64,000 nucleotides of DNA from Malacoraja senta. Lineage: Eukaryota. The stretch is from positions 12,712,001-12,776,000 of the forward strand of contig CM075988.1 of the NCBI GenBank assembly GCA_038087875.1, written 5' to 3'. Position numbers and translations under genes: made by a program. Below the pieces are notes generated by a model, which was not told where the DNA came from, ran no database searches, and was given only the letters and a program-made list of their open reading frames with translations. Position 1 is the first letter of the stretch; every line of letters begins with the position of its first letter. Below, piece after piece: positions 52,150-64,000 of this stretch.

Positions 52150-52700
52150 AAGTATCATTGAATCACTCTACCGAAGTGAAGTGAAAAGCTTCTGTTGTTC
52201 GCTATCCAGTCAGTGAAAAGACTACAGATGATTACAATCAAGCCATCCACAGTGTACTGTTGAAGGGTGAAGAGTACAACATTTAGTGCAAGATAAAGAC
52301 CGATTAAAGATAGTCCAATAGGGTAGATAGAAGGTCAGGACTGCACTCTCGCTGGTAAGAGGATGGTTCAGTTGCCTGATAATAGCTAGGAAGTAACTGT
52401 CCCTGAATATGGATGTGTGCAATTCACACTGTTCTAAAACTTCCCTGATGGAAGAGGGGAGAAGAGGGAGTGACCAGGGTGAGACTGGTACCTGATTATG
52501 CTGGTGAACTTGCTGAAACATTGGAAGGGAGGTTGGTTTGCATAATGGTCTGAGCTGCATCCACAACTCTACAATTTCCTGTGGTCTTGAATGGAGCTGT
52601 TCCCAGACCAGGTTGTGATTCATCCTGCTTTCTATGACGCATGTGTAGAAGTTTGTGAGGGTTGTTGAGGACATGCCAAGCTTCCAAAACATTCCAAGGA
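52150..52700 (-). mobile_element. Rex1/Babar-like LINE ORF C-terminus and 3' UTR (frameshifted)
   Basis: KLGMSSTTLTNFYTCVIES, RVVDAAQTIMQTNLPS, HTSIFRDSYFLAIIRQLN. Confidence 0.9.
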
Positions 52701-52714
52701 AGTAGAGGTAATGG

Positions 52715-53050
52715 TGCTCTCTTGAGGTATATTAAATCATGAGTGGTGCAGATAGGATGAATAACTTCCATCTTTTCCCCAGAGTTGGGAATCTAAAACC
52801 AGACGACATAGGTTTAAGGGTAGAAGAGTATTGGTATAGGACCCGAGGGGCAGAGAGTGGTGGGTGTATGGAACAAACTGCCAAAGAAAGTGGGAGAGGC
52901 TGGCACAGTTATGACATTTAAAAGACGCTTGGACAGGTACATGGAGAGGAAGGCCAGGAACAAGCAAAAGGGATTAACTTGGTTAGATAGCTCTACAGCA
53001 TGGACAGATTGGGCAAAATGGCCTTTTTCTGGGCTGTGATTCTTGGATTC
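52715..53050 (+). mobile_element. CR1/HER1-like LINE 3' end
   Basis: VVGVWNKLPKKVGEAGTVMTFKRRLDRYMERK. Confidence 0.88.
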
Positions 53051-53197
53051 TAACTAACAATTAATCAGAAAAACACCATGTTACTATCATACAGAAATTA
53101 AACACATTGATTTCTATGCACGTATTCTAGCAATTTTAGTCTCGGCAGTTTTCATGTAATGTCATTTTATTCCGTTTTTAATATGCTGTCGGCATCT

Positions 53198-54030
53198 TCA
53201 AGTTCAAGTTCAAATTACATTTGTTGTCACGTGCACCAATTGGTACAGTGAGATTTGAGATACCACAAAGCCATACCAATAAAAAGAACACAATACAAGA
53301 TAGGATTTGACATGAACATCCCCACACAGTAGAATCAACGTTTCCCACTGTGAGGGAAGGCAATAAAGTTCAGTCATCTTCCTCTTTGTTCACCCGTTGT
53401 TGGGGCTTTTGAACCCTCCGCAGTCGCCACTACGGCGGCCCGATGTTCAGGCCCTCTCGCCGAGATGCTCGGAACTCCGACGTCGGAATGGAGAACACTC
53501 TCAGTGGCTTGGAGTTTCCGAATCGGCCACTTCCTACCAGAGAACACGGCACCTGAGGTCCACAGGCCAAGCTGGATGGAGATTCAATGCTGGCAACCCT
53601 CGGCAAAAGATCCCAGAACTCCGCGATGTTAAAGTCAGCGCCGCCCGCGGCTAGAAGCTCCACAAACCACAGCTCCACGATGTTAAAGCAGCAGGCCCAA
53701 CACGGCGATCCCCGGCAATGCATCGTCCCACTCCGCGATGGAATCCAGTGCTGCACCACTGCTGAAGCTCTGGCCAGTCTCTGGCAGGAAAGGCTGCGCC
53801 AATCCAGATGGTAGGGGGAGGGCAAAGATGCGACTCGGAGAAGAGTCGCATCCTCGACCAGGAAGTGACTGAGAAAACGGTTTCCACTCTTCCCCCCCCC
53901 CCCCCCCCCCACATCCCCTCCATAAAAAAGACGAAGAAACCTCCAAACCATACTTTTGACACACTAAAAATAACAAAAAGGGTGAAATGACAGACAAACT
54001 GCTGGCGAGTCTGTCGCGCGTGCGCCACCC
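53198..54030 (-). mobile_element. GC-rich non-autonomous retroposon, related subfamily
   Basis: (ttcaag)n tail, cacagtagaatcaacgtttcccactgtg hairpin region, 5' end gggtggcgcacgcgcgacagactcgccagcag. Confidence 0.82.
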
Positions 54031-54244
54031 AATGAGGAATCTTCGTCTGTTCCAGGAGATCAAATAGTTTTAACCAAATACTGTATGGCAAGCACGATAA
54101 TATCCAAATCAAAGAATTAATGAAACAATGAAAATCAATAGTTAGAATTCCCTCTATTTTCAGGCAAATGAGCTTCCTATTGGATTGTATATTGGATTTT
54201 GAGTGATGTTTGTTCTACTAATGTGAGATTGGAAAGGTGTGAAT

Positions 54245-55090
54245 GATTAGTTTATTATTGTCAACTGTACAGAAATAGAATGAAAAGCTTGATATCCAGT
54301 GAAAACATATCATATGTGAGTACGATCAAGCCATATACAAGTACAACAGGTGGTGTAAAGAGAAAATTAACCAGAGTGCAGAATATCGCGGTGGAGTTAC
54401 TGCCTTACAGTGCTTGAAGCGCCGGAGACCCGGGTTCGATGCTGACTATGGGTGCTGTTTGTAACGGAGTTTGTACGTTCTCCCCGTGTCAAAGTGGGTT
54501 TTCTCCGAGATCTTTGGTTTCCTCCCACACTCCAAAGACGTACAGGTTTGAAGGTAGATTGGCTTGGTATATGTGTAAATTGTCCCCTGTGTATGTAGGG
54601 CAGTGTTAATGTGTGTGGATCACTGGTCAGTGCGGACTCAGTGGGCCAAAGAGCCAGTTTCTCCCCATGTACATTCTCCCCATGACCGCATGGGTTTTCT
54701 CCAGGTGCTCCAGCATCCTCCCGGGTACTCCAAAGACGTACAGGTTTGTAGGTTAATTGGGTTCATAAAAAATTGTAAATTATCCCTAATGTGTAGGGTA
54801 GTGCTTGTGTATGGGGATCGCTTGTCAGCGCGGACTCGGTGGGCTGATGGGCCTGTTTCCGCGTTCTATCTCTAAACTAAACTAAACAGGAGAAGACGTT
54901 GTTCCTGAATCTGTTGATACATGCTTTCAAGTTATTGCATCTTCTGCCCAATGGGAGAGGGGAGAAGAGGTTATGACCAGGGTTTCATTGGCCCATGATA
55001 TGTTGGCTGTTTTCCTGATGCAGTATGAAGTGTGGATAGAATCGATGGTGGGAGGGGAGAGGGAAGGCTGGTTTGTGTGATGGACTGACC
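54245..55090 (-). mobile_element. Rex1/Babar-like LINE 3' remnant interrupted by two SINEs
   Basis: tttattattgtca tail; gttgttcctgaatctg...gggagaggggagaagag..tgaccaggg shared with 52400-52500. Confidence 0.75.
54388..54887 (+). mobile_element. Tandem pair of HE1/V-SINE-type SINEs (about 54388-54660 and 54668-54887)
   Basis: One tRNA-like head (ggagacccgggttcgatgctgac), two core/tail units, (ctaaa)n end. Confidence 0.9.
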
Positions 55091-55369
55091 TGACTTAATC
55101 TTCCATGCAACAAATGATCAATCAAATTTTAAGTCGGGTACGTCTGTGCAAATTGAGGGCACATTAATTAAGGCCTGGGAAATTACTACATTCAACAATA
55201 AGAACAAACTGAAAATGTAAAGCATAGTCAAATTCAAAACAAATGCAATTAGGAAAATGTCATGAGCTTGATGCTGAACTGTGAGCTAAGTCCACTTGAT
55301 TACATTCCAGAGGTGTTGTTTGCCACATTTGGGGATAGTTGCCAGCCAGAGGTTAGGTAAATAGGATAA

Positions 55370-55515
55370 ACAAGGAACTGGAGATGATGCTTTACAAAAA
55401 ACAAATGCCAGAGTAATTCAGCAAGTCTGGCAGCATCTCTGGAGAAAATGGATTGGTGACATTTTAGGTCAGGGCGCTTCTTCAAATTAATTGGGGTGGG
55501 GGTGGGGGGAGAGAT
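55370..55515 (-). mobile_element. PLE pLTR half element
   Basis: acaaggaactggagatg...ggcagcatctctggagaaaatggattggtgacatttt. Confidence 0.75.
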
Positions 55516-56597
55516 CCTGTTCATAGAATTTGTGCTCTAGATCTGACCATGCCTGCAGCCTAGCCAACTCAGTAGATCTGCAATATTGGCTCCTCTCTGT
55601 TCATTTAAGAAATTGTGCAACTATGTCCTGTTCAAAAAGAGCATGATTAAGCCATTCTAGTTGATCACGACCTTATGTCTATCCTTCAATATCAAAAAAT
55701 ATGATGGGAAGTGTTGTGGCCAGAGCAATAAGTCACACTTGCACCAATCATCAGCTTACTGATTTCCAGTTAAGAGCAGATATGAATGTGCAATAAAAGT
55801 AGGTGTTACCAATGATGCCAAGAACCGAATGAATTAATACATTTTAAAATCACCAACTTCATGCCCAGTTAGTGTTAGCATCCTTTTGGTCGAGGCTTGA
55901 CCAAAGCCTGTATCAGATTATGATTTGTGACAAAGTTTACACCATGGAATTGGACTCTGAACCAGGTGTTTCAATGTAAGGTTGCAGCCTCAGGACACAC
56001 ATGAGAAGACGTTTCTTTACCCAGAGATGATGAATGATTGGAATTCTCTACCCTAGAGGGCTCGGAGGTTCAACCGCTGAGTGCATTTGAGGGGAAAGAT
56101 CACTAGATTCTCAGATATTAAGGTTAGCAGGGGATCTGGGGTGTTATCATGCTTCACCACAGTAAAGCAGCTCTGGCTGAAGCAGACATGACAGATAGGG
56201 AGTTTGTTGAAGGTGCATTTACACAGTAAAAATAATATTGAGAATGAATACTTCCCACCTAATGATAATAGCTGTGATCTTTTCTCAGGAGACTTTTAGA
56301 AGTTCTGATTTGCAGATAATATCACTAATCCCTTTTTGTTGCTAAAATGTAGGAAAGTGACCAATGGGAGTGAAATCTCATCGATCACTTAAAACACTAA
56401 AATCATGTAATCAGTTTTTGCTTGTTGTTAATCCTACTCGCTGTCTAAGATATCGAAATAAACACGCACTCTCAGCTAGGAAGAAAAGGAATTAAAGAAT
56501 CACAGTTGCTTACAGCAAAGAAGGCTGTCAGTTAGCCAATTAGGTCAGCTCAGTGTTTGTTCACCATCAAGATGCATCTACTGTACAGTTTTTATAC

Positions 56598-56880
56598 TTT
56601 ACTTTGGACTTTAGAGATACAACGTGGAAACAGGCCCTTCGGCCCACCGAGTCCACGTCACCCTGTATACTAGCACTATCCTACCCACTGGGAACAATTT
56701 GTAATTTACCAAAGCCAATTAACCTGCAAACCTGCACATCTTTGGAATGTGGAATGAAATCGGAGCACCCGGTCACAGGGAGAACCTACAAACTCTTTAC
56801 AGACCGCACCCATGCTCAGGATCGAACCCGGGTCTCTGGCACTATAAGGCAGCAGCCCTGCCGCTGCGCCACTGTGCCTC
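56598..56880 (-). mobile_element. HE1/V-SINE-type SINE
   Basis: Tail, core and head. Confidence 0.9.
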
Positions 56881-58657
56881 CCTTATCAGCCTTGCGCCAC
56901 GAACCCTAGTCAGAAATGAAGATTCAGAGTACGACTTATGAGGTTATTCCAGTAAATTTTGCTGACCACGGTACAAACCAAGAAGAATTTTTTTTTTCTA
57001 AAAAAAATCTGAAATGAAGCAGAAAATCTTTGAAATGCTCAACCTGTCAGGTAACATGCTTTAAGGCTTTGGAATAGGAGGGAATTCCTCACTTTAGAAA
57101 TTAGCCGAGAGCACAAAATGATACAAAAGAGGCCAATATTGGAGATGCTCTGAGTTCAAGAATTTTAGAGAAGGTTCAGGTAACAGATAATGGGAGGAGA
57201 AAATCTCAGAGGGATTTGAAAACCAGGATGTGTTTTATGAAATCAGGCCATTGCCAGACAGTAGCCTGTCGTAAATTAGGTTTCAGGTTACACTCTGCAC
57301 TGTAAAGATGAAAACAAACACAATGAACGCTGGAAGTCTAAAAATATAAATTGAGAAAATGCCTCAAGCAAAGGTCAACATCTGTAAGAAGAAAAGTCAG
57401 GTTGATACTTTTGATGGTAATTGGTCCATCTCCAATGAAAACTTTTCCACTGGCATCTTGAATTTTCACGATGTATTTCTAAGGTATATCATTTTTGCAT
57501 AATCTGTGCACTATTATGCATTCACAGAATTATTTTATTTTGCAAGGTTCGATCCTTAAAGATTGGTGAACAGAAATAACTTAGGAAAAGGCATTTCTGC
57601 TCCAAATATTTCATTACTGTGAGCTTGTTAGATTCCACTGAAAGTATTAAGTGGGAATTTAATATTGCAGCCACTGCTCTAGAATAATAATAGTGATGAG
57701 AACAAAATATGCCACCAGATCACACTGATGGCTTACTGGTAATCTGCAGGAACTGTTGCTTGAGTGGCTTTTCAGACATCCACCAATTTTGCCCTGCAGC
57801 AAGGAAATATGGATCACGCTGGATGTCAAATGGTAATGTCGCTGACTTAATTTCTTGTCACTAGACTTTGCATCACGTTTAGCAGCAATTCCACACAGAA
57901 ATAAGCTGGAGGACCAGTGACACTTCACCTCCGGGGCCATTGGCTTTATGTCACCATTGCTGGAGCATCTTGCACAGGGGTTGGGTGTCACCAATCCTCA
58001 TGTTGCAAATAATTGAAAATGAGCAGAGATTTTTCACTTTGTATGTTAAATATATTTTTAAATCGTGATTTTTTAATGTCGCATCGGTATGGTAATTTTA
58101 CACTAATTTCTAATGAAGTAAATGAATAATGAACTAAACTAGTCGAGTTTACAAGCCGTTGAACTGCTTCTGAATGTCCCTGCTCCCCGAGAAACTTTTG
58201 CAACTAGTGAAGGAGGCCGTTGACAGAATGAGCCATCTGCAGGTTATCGGGGATGTGCCCCATGTTTCCACCACCTGCAGCTTATCGACCGCCCATGACT
58301 CAGGGAGCAGCCACTGCAGTGATACCACCAAAGCATCGTGGCTGCAAAAGACAAACCTGACAACAGACAGCTCACCAGAGTTGAGTGCGAGGCACATGCT
58401 GGATCAGGCATGATCCATCCCTTTAGTTTACTCTATGCACACCCTAATTGTTCCATGTATTTCTTCACCTGCAAAAAGGGGAAAACAAAACCTTCCAAGT
58501 GTAAAATGTTTCCATTTCCCTATGTACTGGCTGCATTCCACCATTTCAGTGTCCGGAGCCACATTACATATGCACCAAGAATCCTTGCAACACTCTGGAG
58601 CTCAGTGTTTGCAGAATTTATATTAATATTAAATGTCCATCATTAAAATAATAACTA

Positions 58658-58760
58658 GAAACAAGGAATTGCAAATGCAGGTTTACAAAAAAAAACAGTG
58701 CTGGAGTAACTCAGCAGATCAGGCATCATCTCTGGAGGACATTGGTAGGTGACGTTCCAT
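58658..58760 (-). mobile_element. PLE pLTR half element
   Basis: gaaacaaggaattgcaaatgcagg...gtgctggagtaactcagc...ggtgacgttcc. Confidence 0.75.
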
Positions 58761-58969
58761 TTATTATAATAATAATAGTGATGGAAATTTGGGAAGTACT
58801 TGTTTTGTCATTATGAATGCATCCACAATGACATCTGTTTCTGCATTGAGGCAGTCCCGATATAAATCTTTAAGTAGTACTCTAGAGAAATAAAATATGA
58901 CTAAACTCTGCATTCTGTTTATATAAAGAGTATACACAATGCTGAATAATTAAAAGCTTTTATATTCCC

Positions 58970-59315
58970 ATCACTATGGTATAAAACTGCTGCCTCATAG
59001 TGCCAGAGACCCTGGTTTGATCCTGATTTCAGGTGTGGTCTGTGTGGAGTTTGCACGCTCACCTTGTGGCCACATGAATTTCCCCCGGGTGATCCGGCTG
59101 CCTCCCACATCCCAAAGATGTGTAGGCAGCAGGTTAATTGGCCTCTGCAAATTCCCGACCTGTTTCATCTATGTCCTCTGTACATTGTCCTCCTGAATCA
59201 GGAGTGGATGTAAAAGTGAGGTAACCTGGAACTTGTGTGAACAGATGATCCGATGTTCGGCGTGAATTTGGTGGACCGAGGGGCCTGTTTCCATGCTGCA
59301 TCTTTCAATCAATCA
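58970..59315 (+). mobile_element. V-SINE-type SINE with (tcaa)n tail
   Basis: gctgcctcatagtgccagagaccctggtttgatcctga head; gggcctgtttccatgctg tail. Confidence 0.85.
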
Positions 59316-60166
59316 AGCAGAAGTTTGTAGTCTTTGACTCTGCTGTTTTCCTGCATATCAGCATTATTTTTATTTGTATTGCCTTCTTTTTCTTTGTCTT
59401 CCTTTTTGCCATGTTAGGTTCCTTTCCCATTCCATCATGCTGATCAAGCTAAGTAACAGCAATAAATACACAGTCCACCACCATTATGGAGCAATCCTAA
59501 TGAGCAATGCAATTTGCATGTTATAACGAGCTTCAGCATAGGTTTGATAATAAAATGTGAGTGAGAACAATAAACATAAGTAGTCCAACATCTCAAAGGC
59601 ATAAACTGAGGGTGGTATATAATGATAATAACAAGATCCCAGTCGCAACAGGAAAGAATATTCAGAAAATAAAAATCAATTTACCTATACTGCAACTGTT
59701 ACTAATGCGTTCTCTGCTGCTATGATTGAAGTGAATGTAATTTATTTTTCCAAAATACATTATTGCCAAGGTCAGATAATTGAGATCAATGCGAACTTTC
59801 GACAACATCAGCAACCAACTTGCACATCGACATAAATAAATGCAGCTATGTTTCTTTTTTCTTTGACAACGATGACGCCAAGAAATCTTTTATTCCTAAA
59901 AGGTTGAGACTGTCAACTGCAAATAAGTGAGATTTGACGGGTCCGGTTACAGAAATGCAGCTAACAGCATTCACACACACGCATGAAGTTTATTGCCATT
60001 GCAGTTTGAACATTGTGACTTATATTTTGCTGCCTCTGCATGTATGTGAACCGCATCACCAGTTCTTTCACTTATTAACATCCACTCTCATTGGGCCACT
60101 GAGGATGCTTCAATAGATCTGTTCCTTCAACAACAGTCATAAATAATTTGTTTTCTACAACAGTGA

Positions 60167-60181
60167 CTGACACCTAGTGGA
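60167..60181 (-). promoter_or_regulatory. Candidate CTCF site
   Basis: Minus strand TCCACTAGGTGTCAG resembles the CTCF core CCAC(C/T)AG(A/G)(G/T)GGC(A/G); motif match only. Confidence 0.35.
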
Positions 60182-60220
60182 GAACCTGTGAGATATTCAA
60201 AAATGGAAAACTGTCATTGT

Positions 60221-60516
60221 TAGAACTGCAGATGCTGGTTTATACCAAAAATAGACACAGTGCTGGCGTAACTCGGCGGGTCAGATAACACCTCTTGCGA
60301 AAAAAGATGTCCCAATCTTATCTCTAATTTCCCTTATCCGTTACCAGTCTGTATCTCTCATTTATTTCCCTTATCCCTAACCAGTCTGAAGAAGGGTCTC
60401 GAACCAAAATGTCACCCATACCTTCTCTCCAGAGATGCTGCATGTTCTGCTGAGTTACTCCAGCTTTTTGTGTCTATCTTCAGTTTAAACCAGCATCTGC
60501 AGTTCCTTCCTACACA
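60221..60516. mobile_element. Fold-back PLE pLTR element with longer sense arm
   Basis: Antisense arm 60221-60310; duplicated tttcccttatcc..accagtctg; core at about 60386; ends ttccttcctacac. Confidence 0.85.
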
Positions 60517-60526
60517 AGTACAATGT

Positions 60527-60601
60527 ATGGACAATGGATTTTTGACAAATGTTGCGGTCCTGCTATTTGGACCGCAACATTTGTCTAAATCCATTGTCCA
60601 T
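60527..60601. repeat. Near-perfect 75-nt hairpin
   Basis: atggacaatggattt(tt)gacaaatgttgcggtcc-tgctattt-ggaccgcaacatttgtc(t)aaatccattgtccat. Confidence 0.95.
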
Positions 60602-60620
60602 GTCCTTGTGTCCACCAGCC

Positions 60621-60873
60621 AGAAGGAACTGCAGATGCTGTTTAAATTGGATAGACACAAAATGCTGGAGTAACTCAGCAGCTCAGGTAGCATCCCTGGA
60701 GAAAATGGACAGGTGACTAAAGTCTGAAGAAGTCTCCTTCAGTCTGAAGAAGGGTCCCCCCGACCTGAAACGTCACCTATGCATGTTTTCCAGGGGGTGC
60801 TGCCTGACCTGCTGAGTTACTCTAGTATTTTGTGTGTTTCCTTGGTAAACCAGCATCTGAAGTTTCTTGTTTC
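60621..60873. mobile_element. Fold-back PLE pLTR element
   Basis: Inverted arms; centre agtctgaagaagtctccttcagtctgaagaaggg with a duplicated box. Confidence 0.85.
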
Positions 60874-61343
60874 AACTCTATCTCTTTTTTTTGTTCTCGA
60901 TTCTCCTCTGCTTTTTGTGTTGACCTGGAATGCAGTCCCGTGAATCGGCTGCTGTTCACCTGTGACTAAAATGCTAAACAGTTGAGGTTAATTTGTTCCA
61001 ACCTGCTGGGCTGGTGGTAAACAATCTGGAATGGCAGATTTTCCATTCCAAAGTCCACAAGACCATTCTACACTTAAAATGTCGTGATTGGGATCACTTA
61101 ACTGAGAGCAACAATAACATAGAATGTACCAGCTGCTGGCAATGTTATTATGATGGCTGGGGGTGGTCTGAAAAATATACTTTGTAAAAAATTCCAATCA
61201 AAGCATACCTGAAGGAGAGTTTTGATGGAACCAGAGTTTCCTGAAGGCATAGCGATTTGTGAAAAGGATAATAATAGACTTCAAGGTGATATCGGCAGGC
61301 TGGTGGAACAAATGGACAGGCTGAGCAACATGAAGTGTTGCAT

Positions 61344-61539
61344 GGTACACAAATATGCTGGAGAAACTCAGCGGGTGCAGCAGCATCTATGGAGCGAAGG
61401 AAATAGGCAACGTTCTGAAGAAGGGTTTCGGCCCGAAACGTTGCCTATTTCTTTCGCTCCACAGATGCTGCTGCACCCGCTGAGTTTCTCCAGCATTTTT
61501 GTGTACCTTCGATTTTCCAGCATCTGCAGTTCCTTCTTA
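61344..61539. mobile_element. Young fold-back PLE pLTR element (second subfamily) with perfect 17-bp TSD
   Basis: aacatgaagtgttgcat at 61327-61343 and 61540-61556; about 70-bp near-perfect inverted arms. Confidence 0.93.
61415..61442 (+). ncRNA. Minimal hammerhead ribozyme core, putative
   Basis: CTGAAGA-A-GGGT[TTCG]GCCC-GAAA-CG-TT. Confidence 0.6.
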
Positions 61540-61782
61540 AACATGAAGTGTTGCATTTTGGGAGGAAGAATGGGAAGAAGTAATATGAACTAGAAACCGG
61601 AAACCTAAAAGGATTTCAAGAACAGAGAACTGGGAGTAGATGTGCAGTTGTCAAGGGTTGCCGGCAGGTTGATGAAAAACGATGCTGTGATTAAAGAACA
61701 GAAACATAAAGTGCGAGAGCAAGGAAATCATACTGGACCTTCACAAAGATACTTAATCAGCCATAAGTGGAGTACTGTGGCA

Positions 61783-62125
61783 ACGCAAGGAGCTGCAGAT
61801 GCCTTGGAGTACAAAGTACTGGAGTGACTCAATGGGTCAGACTGCATCTCTAGAAGATATTGATAGGCGACGTTCTGGGTTGGAACCCTCTTCAGACTGG
61901 CTGCAGTAGAGGGGAGAAAACTGGAGATGAGGTGGGCACGGGACAGAGCCTGTTAAGTGACAGGTGGATACAGGTGAGGGGGATTTTGGTTAACAGATGG
62001 GTGGACAAGGCTAGAGGTGAAAAGGAGAAAAAATGTCACAAAAGGAGACCAGGAGACAAAAGGGTTTCAGATAAGGAGAGAAGAGGAGGAAAATCTAAAG
62101 GCGGGGGGGGGGGGGGGGGGGGGTG
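61783..62125 (-). mobile_element. PLE pLTR plus purine-rich (antisense) 3' UTR
   Basis: caaggagctgcagatgc...ggcgacgttctgggttggaaccctcttcagactg followed by a G/A-rich UTR and poly-G. Confidence 0.75.
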
Positions 62126-62819
62126 CTAAAGATAGAAAGAGAGTCCTGTGTGCAGTTTTGAAGGCCACACCAAGGAAATTGTCATAATTTGGATAGGGAG
62201 GTGAGGGAATTGATTTTGGCAATGAAGTTATGTGAATAGATGGAAGAAGCAGAGAGATTGTTCTTCTTGGGACAGAGGAGGTTGCAAAAGGATCTTGTAT
62301 TTAAATTTAAAAAATAATTAGGCAAAATGGATAGAAAAAAGTCCCATTGACAGAAGTGTCAGGAGCTGGAGATAAAATGAAAGTGATCATCCAAATAATC
62401 AGAAGTGACATGAAGAATTATCTCCTTGGAATCCACTGTTAACTAGTAGTAGAGGCAGATTCAATTGCAGTATTCAAAAGGGAACTGAGAGGTAAGAATT
62501 TGCAGGGATAGGAAGAGAACACGAGGGACTGGAACTAACTGGGTGGATTGCATGGAACTGTAAAGGACTGATTGAGTTAAGGGACCTCTGTCCTTGCTAT
62601 AAACGTGCTATACTTCAGCGTGGAGATTTCCTACATTATGCTGTTCTGATACGATATTGGAGGGAACATTTTTGAGATACAAGCAAAATAGTCAGGATGG
62701 TCCAATTTCAGTGGAGAGGATTGGTTTCTTCATCCCTTTAATTCTAGATTGTTGAGCAGTGCAGTGTAGTCTGGACGTACTTGGCTATCAAACTGTACAA
62801 CTCCTCCCCTTTCTGTCAT

Positions 62820-62980
62820 GGGGTAGACTGAGACTGACTCCTCCCCCCCCAATATTTGCATATCCCCAATCCCTTCCACTCGTCACTTTAATTTCATCTT
62901 TCATGTATTTTATGTTTTATGACTGTTGGCAGATCAATTTCCCTCCTGGGATAAATAAAGTTCTATCATATCGTATCATA
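62820..62980 (+). mobile_element. Short LINE 3' tail
   Basis: tttccctcctgggataaataaagttc(tatcg/tatca)n tail. Confidence 0.55.
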
Positions 62981-63335
62981 CCTCATTCTAAGATATAATT
63001 GGCCCTCAAACACATTTCTATCTGCTCAATGTGCAAATTGAAAAGTTATTATAATTATATTTGAAATTTCCAAGTTTTCCAGTACAATGAAACTAAGTAA
63101 CCATCTTGTCGTTTTGTTCAATTTACTATGGGAGTCAAATGTGAGAAATCACATATGCTTGCCTAAAGCTTTCTTGTCATTTCATGGATGATTTGTTCAG
63201 TTCAGTTCACTGACCAACAACTCTTTCTCAGCACATTTCCTGCTTCACAAAAAACATTGGAAGTCCTGCAAACGGCATTGCTGTCCTGGACTGTGGCTGC
63301 CCACACCACGCCGTGTAGGTATTGTGTTGATGTAT

Positions 63336-64000
63336 CAATCAATCATTCATCAATCAATCAATCAATTTATTCATCACCTACACAATAAAGTGCAGTGAAA
63401 TGAATTTTGCCAGCAGCGGTACAATCATAAAAGAACACACAATAAACAATAACAATTTAACACAAACATCCACCACAGCATTCTTCACTGTGGTGGAAGG
63501 CACAAAGTACAGTCAGTCCTCCTCCATTGTTCCCTGTGGTCGGGGCCATAAACCACCGCAGTCGCCGCTGCGGGGGGCCGGATGTACAGGCCCTCTCGTC
63601 GGGATGGTAAGTCCCGTATCGGCACTTCCCTACAGGAGACCGCGGCTTCAGGAGGTTGTAGGCCACAGGCCAGCGGTCGGAGCTTCTAAGGGGATCCCCG
63701 GCGAGGAATCCCGCTCCGGATTGTAAGTCTACGCTGTGCACGCAGCTAGAAGCTCCGCAGACTGCGGCTTCAGGATGTTATCGGCCTCGGGCCAGCGATC
63801 GGAGCACTCCATTCTGTGGCGACAGCTCGCCTGCTTCGCGATGAAATGTCCACGTTGCGTCCGCTGCTGAAACTCCGGGCCCCGACTCTGGGAAAGGCCG
63901 CACCAATCCATGGTGTTAGGCCGCGAGGGAGGCGACATGGAAAAAGTCGCCTCTCTGTGGAGGAGGCGACTGAAAGCGGTTCCCCCCTTATCCCTCCACA
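63336..64000 (-). mobile_element. GC-rich non-autonomous retroposon, running off the window end
   Basis: (tcaa)n tail; matches 13696-13901; body shares gaaaggccgc..tccat.tgttaggccgc blocks with the 32 kb and 45 kb copies. Confidence 0.85.

Larger units (their letters stand above)
61200..62610 (+). mobile_element. Old CR1 LINE remnant hosting PLE insertions
   Basis: NRLQGDIGRLVEQ...MKCCILGG (cf. LQ.DIDRL.EW...KC.VMHFG) and a CR1 3' UTR at about 62430-62610. Confidence 0.65.

Noticed and set aside
54388..54450. tRNA-like sequences with a B box (and equivalents in other copies)
   Set aside because: They are SINE heads continuous with SINE bodies, with no complete cloverleaf.
58149..58413. GC-balanced ORFs on both strands (79-82 aa)
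   Set aside because: No recognisable homology and no convincing splice sites.

Overview
This is repeat-dense eukaryotic DNA with no recognisable host gene, either intergenic or intronic. Its repeat content points to a cartilaginous fish, most likely a skate or ray (inference). It carries tRNA-headed HE1/V-SINE-type SINEs, CR1/HER1-like LINE 3' ends, old Deu-domain (SacSINE1-like) SINEs and Rex1/Babar-like LINE remnants. It also holds a GC-rich non-autonomous family, Penelope-like element (PLE) GIY-YIG remnants, a probable ERV LTR and a tandem Helitron-like pair. No intact host CDS, rRNA, true tRNA or CRISPR array is supported. The ORF track is explained by transposon remnants, microsatellites and chance. 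The most striking signal is about 25 short copies of a PLE 3' end (pLTR). Many are fold-back (inverted) units flanked by 11-17 bp target-site duplications, and they carry a minimal hammerhead-ribozyme core (CUGAAGA-A-stem II-GAAACGU[C/U]). Several local templated duplications and inversions at retroelement junctions are also visible. Repeat boundaries were read by eye and are approximate (about +/-10-20 nt) unless a TSD is quoted. Family names come from recalled consensus features, not from a database search.
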